Shown: positions 20,684 to 29,991 of the stretch, piece after piece
Layout of the letters: each line of letters starts with the position of its first letter
How positions within the stretch are numbered: the first letter of the stretch is position 1
NCBI GenBank assembly: GCA_965215505.1
Contig: OZ244065.1
Span: forward strand, 3,040,001-3,104,000
Reading direction: 5' to 3'
Source: Capsulimonadaceae bacterium
Lineage (GTDB): Bacteria > Armatimonadota > Armatimonadia > Armatimonadales > Capsulimonadaceae
Length of the DNA: 64,000 nt
Position numbers and translations under genes: made by a program
Notes under the pieces: generated by a model
What the model saw: the letters and a program-made list of their open reading frames with translations, nothing else
Told to the model about the DNA's origin: nothing
Database searches by the model: none

Positions 20684-20829
20684 CGACCGTCCTCACTCGT
20701 CCGACCGTCCTCACTCGTCCGACCGTCCTCACTCGTCCGACGTCCGACCGTCCTCACTCGTCCGACCGTCCTCACTCGTCCGACCGTCCTCACTCGTCCG
20801 ACCGTCCTCACTCGTCCGACCGTCCTCAC
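20676..20829. repeat. Tandem array of eight 18-bp units (cactcgtccgaccgtcct)
   Basis: Read directly; unit 4 has an extra 7 nt; unit 1 overlaps the element end. Confidence 0.92.
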
Positions 20830-20835
20830 GTTCTC

Positions 20836-21798
20836 TCACGGGAACGTGATCGAGCAGCACTGCGGGTTCCACAGGTCTTTGTCGCCCGTGCCTTGGCCAT
20901 GCTGATAGGTGTAATAGTCCACCGCGCTCGGCTTCCCTTTGGGCTGCCCTTCGACGTAAGCCGCCGTGGCCGCCGTGTAGGTCTGGGAGGGCCGCATGGA
21001 CTTCACATGGCCGTCCAGGAACAGGAAGTTGGACTGTCCGTGGTGGAAGTCGGCGGGCTGCAAGCAGGGGATCATGCCGTAGTCGTCGTGGGCATAGGAG
21101 AGGCAGGGCGGGCTGTTGCCGAAGCCCTGGTAGAAGGGCGTCCCGTAGCGGTTGACGCTGCCGTCGTACTGCTGCCCGGCCGCGGCCTCCTGGGCCGCCT
21201 CGAACAGCAGGATGCAGTTGGAAGGCTCCAGCGCCTGGTCCGGATTGAAGGGCGTGTACAGGCCAGTGTTGGGGTCGTCAGCGGCCTTCTTCTGCCCGCC
21301 GAGGGCGACGGTGGGGTTGAACAGACCGCCCCAGGTCGGCTGGAGGTACTGGTTCATCACATAATTCTGTCCCGGCGGGCTGGAGTAGCCCGCCAAATTC
21401 CCGGAGTGGCTGACGCCGTCCGGGCAGCCGAAGACGTTGGTCGTGCCGCCGTTGCCGCGCTGCTTGACGTAGGGGAAGATGCCCCCGGCGTCCGAGTAGG
21501 GGACGTTGGGCGGGCCGGGGAATCCGGTCACCCAGGTCGGCGGGATGACGCTGGGATTGGGCGAGCCGTAGTTGGTGATCGGCGCAGGATAGAACCCGTC
21601 GTAGTCCGTGCCGTACAGGGCGAAGGCCAGCCCGAGCTGCTTGAGGTTGGACGCACACATTGTCTTGCGGGCGTTCTCGCGGACGGACTGGAAGACGGGG
21701 AAGAGGATGGCGGCGAGAATCGCGATGATGGCGATGACGACGAGCAGTTCGATCAGGGTAAAGGCGCGGGCGGGACCCGATTTCCGGCGGCAGTGCAT
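20836..21798 (-). CDS. Prepilin-type / H-X9-DG (DUF1559) protein 2
   Basis: [35 protein letters not shown] before ATG 21798. Confidence 0.92.
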   Translation of the reverse strand: MHCRRKSGPARAFTLIELLVVIAIIAILAAILFPVFQSVRENARKTMCASNLKQLGLAFALYGTDYDGFYPAPITNYGSPNPSVIPPTWVTGFPGPPNVPYSDAGGIFPYVKQRGNGGTTNVFGCPDGVSHSGNLAGYSSPPGQNYVMNQYLQPTWGGLFNPTVALGGQKKAADDPNTGLYTPFNPDQALEPSNCILLFEAAQEAAAGQQYDGSVNRYGTPFYQGFGNSPPCLSYAHDDYGMIPCLQPADFHHGQSNFLFLDGHVKSMRPSQTYTAATAAYVEGQPKGKPSAVDYYTYQHGQGTGDKDLWNPQCCSITFP

Positions 21799-21819
21799 GG
21801 CGTGACTCCTTCGTGAGAG

Positions 21820-21918
21820 GCTTTTATATAAAAGCATATAGAAGCGCCTTTATTTTACTGCCTGCGGGCCGGGGATCAGGTTAAGGGAAGATTAAGGTTG
21901 CGTTAAGTTTGTGTTAAG
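21820..21918 (-). promoter_or_regulatory. Promoter with four Pho-box-like repeats and palindromic operator
   Basis: TTAAG at 21881, 21892, 21903, 21914; TAAAAT -10 at 21852-21857; GCTTTTATATAAAAGC at 21820-21835. Confidence 0.7.
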
Positions 21919-21997
21919 CGGTTGGGAGGGGGCAGAGGGAGTAGCCACGGCGCGCATGGACCCGGCACAGGCGTTGGACCCGGCCCATCGGTCTCGT

Positions 21998-22204
21998 CCC
22001 TGAAGGGCCGGTCTCCTCCCGGCTTCGCCGGTGGGCCGCCCCTTCGGGGCTTTGGAGGTGGACGCGACAATTGGCAAAACGGGTTGCCGACGGTGGGGGC
22101 GCGATCAGGAGCGGGGAAGCGGCAAGAAAACAGGGCGCGAAAAATCGCGCCCCTACAATCCGAAGCCCCGAAGCGGGCGGCCCATCCGTGTAGACCGGCG
22201 GTTC
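21998..22204 (-). repeat. Composite BIME-like repeat, copy A
   Basis: Reverse complement shares both end blocks with 26608-26776 and 31373-31606; GTAG REP inside. Confidence 0.7.
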
Positions 22205-22226
22205 AACGCCGGTCACATCGGGCCGC

Positions 22227-22757
22227 TCACTTGATCACCTTCACCTGGTCCGGGGCGGTCATCTCGATCTGGGCGACGCCGTGCGAGTTCGCGCTGAACT
22301 TGCCGCTGACCAGGACGTGCTTGCCGACCAGCGTCTTCAGGTCGGGGAACTTGGCGTAGGCATCCGGCTTGACGGTCGCCGTGACGGCATCGTGGTAGTC
22401 GGGCGCGAAGTCCAGGATGGCGAGGCTGTGGTCGCGCGGCGAGTAGACCTGGCTGACCGTCCCCTGGAACGCGCCGGGCTTGCCGACCAGCTTCAGGGCG
22501 TCGGCCAGGGCCTTGGCGTCCAGGGCCGCGCCGACCGACTTGTCGGAGGCCGCGACCGTGCCGAAGGCCGTCTTGGCGGCGACATCGGACTGGGCCGGGA
22601 ACGTCTTGTCCGCCGCCCCCGCCGCCGGAGCGGGGGCAGGGACGGCGGGCGCAGCGGGGGCGGCGGGCGCAGCAGGGGCGGCGGGCGCGTCGGCATAGGC
22701 CACGGCCGTCAGGGCCGTCGCGGCCAGCAGGAGCGGGAGGGCGGAACGGAGTCGCAT
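22227..22757 (-). CDS. Secreted protein with Ala/Pro linker and probable OB-fold domain
   Basis: Signal peptide; FQGTVSQVY..AILDF..LVGKHVLVSGK..QIEMTAPDQV resembles nuclease-associated OB folds. Confidence 0.6.
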   Translation of the reverse strand: MRLRSALPLLLAATALTAVAYADAPAAPAAPAAPAAPAVPAPAPAAGAADKTFPAQSDVAAKTAFGTVAASDKSVGAALDAKALADALKLVGKPGAFQGTVSQVYSPRDHSLAILDFAPDYHDAVTATVKPDAYAKFPDLKTLVGKHVLVSGKFSANSHGVAQIEMTAPDQVKVIK

Positions 22758-22820
22758 CGTGGGGACCACCTTTCTTGACAAGTCTTTCTTGACGACTCTT
22801 TCTTGACGGGCCTCTACGGA

Positions 22821-23738
22821 CTAGAAGCAGGTGCCGGCGGGTACGGGGCCGCCGCTCCGGCCGTCCGAGACGAGCCAGATGTTGTCCTGGGGGTGCGCGG
22901 TCACGTCGTACCCTTCCTTCTCGACGTGGAGTGACTTGACGTGTCCGTCGCAGAAGAGGTAGTTGCTGAGGCCGTTGCTGTGGTAGGACTGGTCCGGCGA
23001 CTGGGCGCCGTACCAGTACCCGTTGCCGGTCCCATAGTCGGCGGCATTGTTCCAGTGGCCCTTGACCATCATCCAGTCGCCGTCCTGGTTCGTGGAACCC
23101 GTATACTTGTTGTTGGCGGCACCCGCTTCGGGCAATGCCTCGAACAGCAGGTCCGTGTTGGCCGGGGCGGCGATGCGCGCCAGCGTGACCGGGATATCGG
23201 AGTTGTGCAGCGTGGCCTCGGGCGACCCGTTATACTTCGCCCCGGCGGTGTCCTTGGCGGCCGGCGTGAAGCAGGCGTCGGGGTCAATGATGGTCGTCTT
23301 GCCGTTGTACGTCGGCCCTGGATTCCGCAGGAAGATGTTCATGGCGTAGGACCGCAAATAGTGGTAGTCATGGGTCGGGTTGGTGTCGCTGGCGTCGCCA
23401 CCCTGGTAGTAGCTGGGCAGGTCCGGGCAGGCCCAGACGGTGGCGAGGGCGGACTTGGGGTGGGACTTGATGTACGGCTCCAGGGGGGAGTTGCCGGTGG
23501 AGTCGAAGGTGCCGAAGTCGAAGGGGGACATCATCGCCTCGTCGCCGTCCTGGGAATACTGGACGAAGGCGATGCCGAGCTGCTTCATGTTGGACTGGCA
23601 GGAGGCGCGGCGGGCGTTCTCGCGGACGGACTGGAAGACGGGGAAGAGGATGGCGGCGAGAATCGCGATGATGGCGATGACGACGAGCAGCTCGATCAGG
23701 GTGAAACCGGGCATGAGTGCTTTGCGGCGGGTGTGCAT
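22821..23738 (-). CDS. Prepilin-type / H-X9-DG (DUF1559) protein 3
   Basis: [30 protein letters not shown]. Confidence 0.92.
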   Translation of the reverse strand: MHTRRKALMPGFTLIELLVVIAIIAILAAILFPVFQSVRENARRASCQSNMKQLGIAFVQYSQDGDEAMMSPFDFGTFDSTGNSPLEPYIKSHPKSALATVWACPDLPSYYQGGDASDTNPTHDYHYLRSYAMNIFLRNPGPTYNGKTTIIDPDACFTPAAKDTAGAKYNGSPEATLHNSDIPVTLARIAAPANTDLLFEALPEAGAANNKYTGSTNQDGDWMMVKGHWNNAADYGTGNGYWYGAQSPDQSYHSNGLSNYLFCDGHVKSLHVEKEGYDVTAHPQDNIWLVSDGRSGGPVPAGTCF

Positions 23739-23908
23739 GGTCAGTGTCTCCTTGAAACGGAATGTTTTATATAAAAACCGCTTAATTATACACCAATTTT
23801 ATAAAAAACGGGTGAATGGTGGATTAAAATTTTCGGCGTCCCCAGCCCTGACGCCCGCGGCGGCGTCCATCCGCATGGGCCGGATGGACGGCCCGGCGCG
23901 GACGCGCC

Positions 23909-24781
23909 TCACCTGCACTGGGCGGAGTCATCCTGGATGGTCCACTCGCAGGGGGTGGACACCCCGTACCGACGCCACTTGGCGTGGCCATCGCCGTAGA
24001 GCGCGACGAATCCCTGGTTGTGCCGCATGGCGACCTTAGAGGCCGTGGTCGTCTTGAAGTGGTCCGTCCGGTCCTCCGACTGGATGCCGCGGATCGAATT
24101 GCCCAGGCCGCAGGAGAACTTGCCCGCCGTGGCCGTTTCCGTCATGCCGTCCACGATGCGGATGGTGCCGGACGGGTCTTCGATCTGGTTCTCGTTCAGG
24201 CCCACGGTCGTTCCGGTGCTGACGTACCCGGATTTGCTGCCCGTGGCCGCATAAAAGCCGGGCGTCTTCCAGGCCGTCGCGACGTTTGGGATCACGTTCA
24301 GGGAGTAGGAGAGCATGTGGACCTGGCGCACGTCCGCGGTCGAGCCGTCGCCCTCGTTGCCGTAGGAGTAGACGGCGGGGGTGTCGTTCGTCAGCCCGCA
24401 GTAGCTCGCGCCGACCGGGGGCGTGATGTAGGCCGGGTCCACCGCCTCACCGGCGGACCCGTCTGGGCAGACGAACACACCCTGGCTCTTGACATAAGGG
24501 TAGATGAGGGTCGGCCAGGAAGCGATGCTGTTGGTCGGTGCCCCGTTCAGGTTGGTCTGGGAGGGGACGGTGAAGTTGTCGGTGTCGTTCTCATACTGCA
24601 TGATCCCCTTCTCGATCTGGTTCATGTTGCTGAGGCAGGCCGTGCGGCGGGCGTTCTCGCGGACCTTCTGGAAGACCGGGAAGAGGATGGCGGCGAGAAT
24701 CGCGATAATGGCGATGACGACGAGCAGCTCGATCAGGGTGAAGCCCAGCACGGTGCCGCGCTTACGATGGACGAATGACAT
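23909..24781 (-). CDS. Prepilin-type / H-X9-DG (DUF1559) protein 4
   Basis: [26 protein letters not shown]. Confidence 0.92.
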   Translation of the reverse strand: MSFVHRKRGTVLGFTLIELLVVIAIIAILAAILFPVFQKVRENARRTACLSNMNQIEKGIMQYENDTDNFTVPSQTNLNGAPTNSIASWPTLIYPYVKSQGVFVCPDGSAGEAVDPAYITPPVGASYCGLTNDTPAVYSYGNEGDGSTADVRQVHMLSYSLNVIPNVATAWKTPGFYAATGSKSGYVSTGTTVGLNENQIEDPSGTIRIVDGMTETATAGKFSCGLGNSIRGIQSEDRTDHFKTTTASKVAMRHNQGFVALYGDGHAKWRRYGVSTPCEWTIQDDSAQCR

Positions 24782-25074
24782 GAATGAGGTCCTTTCGGTT
24801 CACAAGTGTGCCGGACGGAACGGCACCAGAGAAGGCATGAGGGTGGACACGGAAGGGCGATCGGGAGGCTACCGGGGACGTCTTCGTCGGGAGACAGCAA
24901 CGCACCTATTATACCGACTCAGGGCCGAAAAGTGGCGGGGCGGCGGGGGACGCGGCGTGTGATTTTTGCCGCACTTGCCGCCCTCGCCGGGCCGCCCCCG
25001 TTGAAGAAACCGCGCTTCGGGTAGAATCAGGGACAAACGTACTACAAACGCATGGTAGGGGGCTGAAGACGCGA

Positions 25075-26583
25075 ATGCAGGCAATGGAGCAGTTACAGGG
25101 CCATCTGGCCGAGGTCAAGGCATTGGGTGAGGCGGCGGCCGTGCTGGGCTGGGACCAGCAGACCTACATGCCGCCGGGCGGCGCGGGCGCGCGGGCGGCC
25201 CAGATGACGGCCCTCGCCTCAGTCATCCACGAGAAGGCGACCGGCGACGTCATGGCCGGCCTGCTGGGCGCGGCGGAGCAGGAGGGCGGCGGGCCGGACC
25301 CGGATTCAGACCGATTCGCCTTCCTGCGGGCCGCCCGGCGCGACTTCGACCAGGCGACCAAGATCCCCGCCGCCCTGGTGGCCGAGACCGCCCGCGTCAC
25401 CGCCCTGGCCTTCGAGCAGTGGGCGCAGGCGCGGGCCGAGAACGACTGGGGCCGGTTCGCGCCCTGGCTGGAACAGATACTAGACCTGACCCGGCAGACC
25501 GCCGACCACCTGGGCCACGGCGGGGAGCGCTACGACGCCCTGCTGGACCAGTTCGAGCCGGGCATGACGACGGCGGACGTCCGGGCCATGTTCGAGGCCA
25601 TCAAGCCGGACCTCGTCGCCCTGGTCAAAGCCGTCGCCGACCTGGGGCCGGGGGCGGTGGACGACTTGGTCCTGCACCGGCGGTTCGACGAGGAAAAGCA
25701 GCGGCAGTTCGGCGAGGGCGTCGTCAGAGCCTTGGGATATGACTGGAGCCGGGGCCGGCAGGACCGCGCCGTACATCCCTTCTGCACCTCGTTCGGGCGC
25801 GACGACGTCCGCATCACGACGCGCTTCGACCCGGACTTCCTGCCCGCCGCCCTGTTCGGCTCGATCCACGAGACGGGCCACGCGCTGTACGAGCAGGGCG
25901 TGGGCGAGCGCTACGCGGGCAACATCCTGGCCGACGGCGCTTCCTTGGGCTTCCACGAGAGCCAGTCGCGCCTGTGGGAGAACCTGGTGGGCCGGTCCCG
26001 CCCCTTCTGGCAGCACTTCTACCCCGGCCTCCAGGCCGCCTTCCCCGAGGCACTGGGCGATGTGGACGGCGAAAGGTTCTACCGGGCGATCAACAAGGTG
26101 GAACCGTCCCTGATCCGCGTGGAGGCGGACGAGGTCACTTACAACCTGCACATCCTGCTGCGCTTCGAGATCGAGCAGGCTTTGCTCTCGGGCGAACTGT
26201 CGGTGGCCGACGCGCCCGCCGCCTGGAACGCCAAGATGTCGGAGTATTTCGGCCTGACGCCGCCCGACGACGCGCAGGGCATCTTGCAGGACGTCCACTG
26301 GTCCGGCGGGGCTATCGGCTACTTCCCGACCTACTCGGTGGGCAACCTGCTGTCCGTCCAGCTCTACGAGAAGGCGAACGCCGATTTGGGCGGGCGGATC
26401 GAGGCGCAGGTCGCGGCCGGCGACTTCGCGCCCCTGCTCGGCTGGCTCAGGGAGAACGTCCACCAGTACGGGCGCAAGTACCTCCCGAAAGAGCTGGTCC
26501 AGCGCATCGTCGGCGGCCCGCTCGACCCCGCGCCGTATCTGCGCTATCTGAAGACGAAGTTCGGGGACGTGTACGGGATGTGA
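25075..26583 (+). CDS. Carboxypeptidase M32 (Taq-type)
   Basis: HPFC, DVRITTR, HETGHALYEQ, HESQSR, IRVEADE. Confidence 0.95.
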   Translation: MQAMEQLQGHLAEVKALGEAAAVLGWDQQTYMPPGGAGARAAQMTALASVIHEKATGDVMAGLLGAAEQEGGGPDPDSDRFAFLRAARRDFDQATKIPAALVAETARVTALAFEQWAQARAENDWGRFAPWLEQILDLTRQTADHLGHGGERYDALLDQFEPGMTTADVRAMFEAIKPDLVALVKAVADLGPGAVDDLVLHRRFDEEKQRQFGEGVVRALGYDWSRGRQDRAVHPFCTSFGRDDVRITTRFDPDFLPAALFGSIHETGHALYEQGVGERYAGNILADGASLGFHESQSRLWENLVGRSRPFWQHFYPGLQAAFPEALGDVDGERFYRAINKVEPSLIRVEADEVTYNLHILLRFEIEQALLSGELSVADAPAAWNAKMSEYFGLTPPDDAQGILQDVHWSGGAIGYFPTYSVGNLLSVQLYEKANADLGGRIEAQVAAGDFAPLLGWLRENVHQYGRKYLPKELVQRIVGGPLDPAPYLRYLKTKFGDVYGM

Positions 26584-26607
26584 GAGCCTGACGGGGGGAC
26601 CGGCGCA

Positions 26608-26776
26608 AAACCGCCGGTCTACACGGATGGGCCGCCCACTTCGGGGCTTCGGAGAGGATAGCAGAAGAGGGCGCGATGAATCGTGCCCCTTCGATGACCG
26701 GATGGCATTGTCGTAAGCCCCGAAGCGGGCGGCCCACCGGCGGAGCCGGGGATAGACCGGCCCTTCAGGGCCGGGT
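26608..26776 (+). repeat. Composite BIME-like repeat, copy B
   Basis: aaccgccggtctacacggatgggccgccc...gccccgaagcgggcggcccaccggc...agaccggcccttcagggccggg. Confidence 0.7.
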
Positions 26777-26890
26777 CCCATCGGCCTGGTTCGGCATACG
26801 GGGGGCCGGCCTGGCGCGTACAACGGCCTGGCGATCGGCCTCCGGCTCCTTGACAATTCCCCCCATTTCCTGTAAACTGGTGGGGACACA

Positions 26891-28027
26891 ATGAGCGACG
26901 TTTTCTATCCAATGCCAACCACAGAGCTACCACACAATAATACGGCCCGGCCGGGGCATGACATCATCGTCGTCGGTGCCTCGGCGGGCGGCGTCGAGGC
27001 GCTGGGCGAGCTGGTCAGCCTCCTGCCCGCCGACCTGCCCGCCGCCGTCTTCATCGTGCTGCACATCCCCGCCTACGGGACCAGCGTCCTGCCGGGAATC
27101 CTCAGTCGGCGCGGGCCGCTGCCCGCCGTCCACCCGGCCGACGGCGAGGCGATCCGGCAGGGGCGCATCTACGTCGCGCCGCCCGACCACCACCTGCTCC
27201 TCGAGAAGGACGGCACGGTCCGGCTGACGCGCGGGCCGCACGAGAACGGCCACCGGCCCGCCGTAGACACCCTGTTCCGGTCGGCCGCCCGCGCCTACGG
27301 GCCGCGCGTGATCGGCGTCGTCCTGACCGGCACGCTCGACGACGGCACGGCGGGGCTACAGGTCGTCAAGCGGCGCGGCGGGCTGGCCGTCGTGCAGGAC
27401 CCCGAGGAGGCCCTGTTCGCCTCCATGCCGCGCGCCGCCATCGAGGCCGTGGCCGTGGATCACGTCGCCGCCCTGGCCGAGATCGGCTCGACCCTGGCCC
27501 GCCTGGCGCACCTGCCCGCGCCGGCAGAAAGCGAGGCCCCCGTGACGCCTGACCTGGAAGACGAAGTCAAAGTCGCCGAGTTCGACATCAAGAACCTGGA
27601 AACCCGCCGCGAGGGCAAGCCCTCCTCTTACGCCTGCCCGGACTGCCACGGCGTCTTGTGGGAGGTGGAGGAGGACGACCTGCTGCGCTTCCGCTGCCGG
27701 GTCGGCCATGCCTTCTCGCCCGAGAGCCTCCTCGCCTCGCAGTCGGACGCCCTGGAGGACGCTCTGTGGACCGCCCTGCGCGCCCTGGAAGAGAGCGCGG
27801 CCCTGGCCGAGCGCCTGAGCGAGCGGGCGGGCGGGCGCGGGCACGGCCTGGCCGCCGACCGCTTCGCGCAGCAGGCGGCGGACGCGCACCAGCGGGCCGC
27901 GACCATCCGGCAGGCACTGCTGGGCGGCCAGGTCATCGCCGAGTCTGGCCCGCCCGCCATGGAGGAAAACGCGCGCAGCCTGTCGCCGCCGAACACCCTC
28001 CCTACTAGACTGGGGGGTGAGGCCTGA
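26891..28027 (+). CDS. CheB-type methylesterase with C-terminal Cys/His domain
   Basis: GASAGG, VLH, LTGTLDDGTAG; CPDC..CRVGH; no receiver domain. Confidence 0.9.
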   Translation: MSDVFYPMPTTELPHNNTARPGHDIIVVGASAGGVEALGELVSLLPADLPAAVFIVLHIPAYGTSVLPGILSRRGPLPAVHPADGEAIRQGRIYVAPPDHHLLLEKDGTVRLTRGPHENGHRPAVDTLFRSAARAYGPRVIGVVLTGTLDDGTAGLQVVKRRGGLAVVQDPEEALFASMPRAAIEAVAVDHVAALAEIGSTLARLAHLPAPAESEAPVTPDLEDEVKVAEFDIKNLETRREGKPSSYACPDCHGVLWEVEEDDLLRFRCRVGHAFSPESLLASQSDALEDALWTALRALEESAALAERLSERAGGRGHGLAADRFAQQAADAHQRAATIRQALLGGQVIAESGPPAMEENARSLSPPNTLPTRLGGEA

Positions 28028-29991
28028 TGATCAGCGGCGGCATGAACGGCGGCGGGACGCCCGACGACGGCATGGAAGAGACTGCTCCCGAAGGAGCAAT
28101 GCCGGACGCAGAGGCCACCCCGGACACGGGGCCGGACCTGGAATTCGAGAATCTACTCTCCTATCTTAAATACAGCCGAGGCTTTGACTTCTTAGGATAC
28201 AAGCGCGCCAGCCTGATGCGGCGCGTGGACAAACAGATGGAGGCCGTGGGCGTGACGCGCTACGGCGACTATGTGGACTATCTGGAGGTCCACCCCGAGG
28301 AGTTCGGGCGGCTGTTCAATACCATCCTGATCAACGTCACCGCCTTCTTCCGGGACACGCCCACCTGGGACTATCTCGCCGAGGAGATCATCCCACGGAT
28401 CCTCGCCGCCAAGGCCGAGAACGAGCCGGTCCGCCTGTGGAGCGCGGGCTGCGCGGCGGGCCAGGAGGCGTACTCGCTGGCGATGATCCTGGCCGAGAAC
28501 ATGGGCGTCGAGGCGTTCCGCCGGCGCGTCAAGATCTACGCCACGGACGTGGACGACGAGGCGCTGGCGCAGGCCCGGTCCGGGTCGTACACCGTTCGCG
28601 AGGTCCACAGCGTCCCCGCCCCGCTGCTGGAAAAGTATTTTGACCGCGAGGGCGATCGGTACGTCTTCCACAAGGACCTGCGGCGCGGCCTGATCTTCGG
28701 GCGGCACGACCTGCTGCGGGACGCCCCCATCTCGCGCGTTGACCTGCTGACCTGCCGCAACGCCCTGATGTACTTCAACGCCGAAGTGCAGGCGCAGATA
28801 TTGGCCCGGTTCCACTTCGGCGTCGCCGACGGCGGGTTCCTGTGCCTGGGCAAAGCCGAGATGCTGTTCTCGCACGCGAACCTCTTCCTGCCGCTGGACC
28901 TGAAGCGGCGCGTCTTCGTCAAGGCCGTCCGGTCCGGGATGCGCGACCGGCTGCTGCTGATGGCGCGGGCCGGGGGGGAGCCGCTCGGCGTTTTGGCCGA
29001 CAACTCCCTGCGGCTGCGCGAGACCGTCTTCCAGTCCGCCCCGGTCGCGCAGATCGTCGTGGACCGGAACGGGGCGCTGGCGATGGCGAACGAGCGCGCG
29101 CTCACCCTGTTCCGCCTGTCCGCCCGCGACCTAGGCCGCCCGCTCCAGGACCTCGAACTCTCCTACCGCCCCGTCGAGCTGCGCTCGCTCATCGAGCAGG
29201 CCGTGGCCGGCCGCCGCCCGGTCAGCGTCAAGGAGGCATCCTACGCGCCGCCCGGCGGCGAGGCGGTCTACCTGGACGTGTCGCTGGTCCCTCTCCAGGA
29301 CGGCGGGGCGCTGCTCGGCACGGGCATCTCTTTCAGCGATGTCACCCGGTCCCGGCACCTGTCCGAAGAACTCCAGGAGGCGGGCCGCGCCCTGGAGACG
29401 GCCTACGAGGAGCTTCAGTCCAGCAACGAGGAGCTGGAAACCACCAACGAGGAACTCCAGTCCACGGTCGAGGAATTGGAGACGACCAACGAAGAACTCC
29501 AGTCCACCAACGAGGAGCTGGAGACGACCAACGAGGAGCTGCAATCCACCAACGAGGAACTCCAGACGATCAACGAGGAGCTGCGGGTGCGCTCAAGCGA
29601 GCTGGACCACGTCAACTCCTTCCTGGAGGCCATCCTGGGCAGCCTGCGCGGCAGCGTCATCGTGCTGGATGCCGACCTGCAAGTGCAGATCTGGAACGGG
29701 AGATCCCAGGGCCTCTGGGGCCTGCGCGCCGAGGAGGCGCAGGGCCGGAGCCTCCTGAGCCTGGACATCGGCCTGCCGGTGGAGGCCCTGGTCCCGGCGA
29801 TCCGCGCCTGCCTCACCGGCGCGGGCGACCCGCAGGAGATGACGCTGCAAGCGCGCAACCGGCGCGGCAAACTCATCACCTGCCGCGTGCGCTTCACCCG
29901 CCTCGCGCCGATGAATGGTGCGGCCCAGGGCGTCATCCTGGTCGTGGAAGAGCAGTCGCCCGCCGACATAGAGAGCATCAGTCGTGCCTGA
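28027..29991 (+). CDS. CheR-family methyltransferase with PAS domains and coiled coil
   Basis: INVTAFFRD, WSAGCAAGQEAYS, CRNALMYF, repeated NEELQST/NEELETT. Confidence 0.92.
   Translation: MISGGMNGGGTPDDGMEETAPEGAMPDAEATPDTGPDLEFENLLSYLKYSRGFDFLGYKRASLMRRVDKQMEAVGVTRYGDYVDYLEVHPEEFGRLFNTILINVTAFFRDTPTWDYLAEEIIPRILAAKAENEPVRLWSAGCAAGQEAYSLAMILAENMGVEAFRRRVKIYATDVDDEALAQARSGSYTVREVHSVPAPLLEKYFDREGDRYVFHKDLRRGLIFGRHDLLRDAPISRVDLLTCRNALMYFNAEVQAQILARFHFGVADGGFLCLGKAEMLFSHANLFLPLDLKRRVFVKAVRSGMRDRLLLMARAGGEPLGVLADNSLRLRETVFQSAPVAQIVVDRNGALAMANERALTLFRLSARDLGRPLQDLELSYRPVELRSLIEQAVAGRRPVSVKEASYAPPGGEAVYLDVSLVPLQDGGALLGTGISFSDVTRSRHLSEELQEAGRALETAYEELQSSNEELETTNEELQSTVEELETTNEELQSTNEELETTNEELQSTNEELQTINEELRVRSSELDHVNSFLEAILGSLRGSVIVLDADLQVQIWNGRSQGLWGLRAEEAQGRSLLSLDIGLPVEALVPAIRACLTGAGDPQEMTLQARNRRGKLITCRVRFTRLAPMNGAAQGVILVVEEQSPADIESISRA

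Noticed and set aside
20676-20829. CRISPR array
   Set aside because: Units are contiguous 18-mers with no unique spacers, and there are no cas genes.
29400-29585. Novel DNA repeat (accaacgaggagct)
   Set aside because: It encodes the known NEELQST coiled coil of CheR/PAS proteins.
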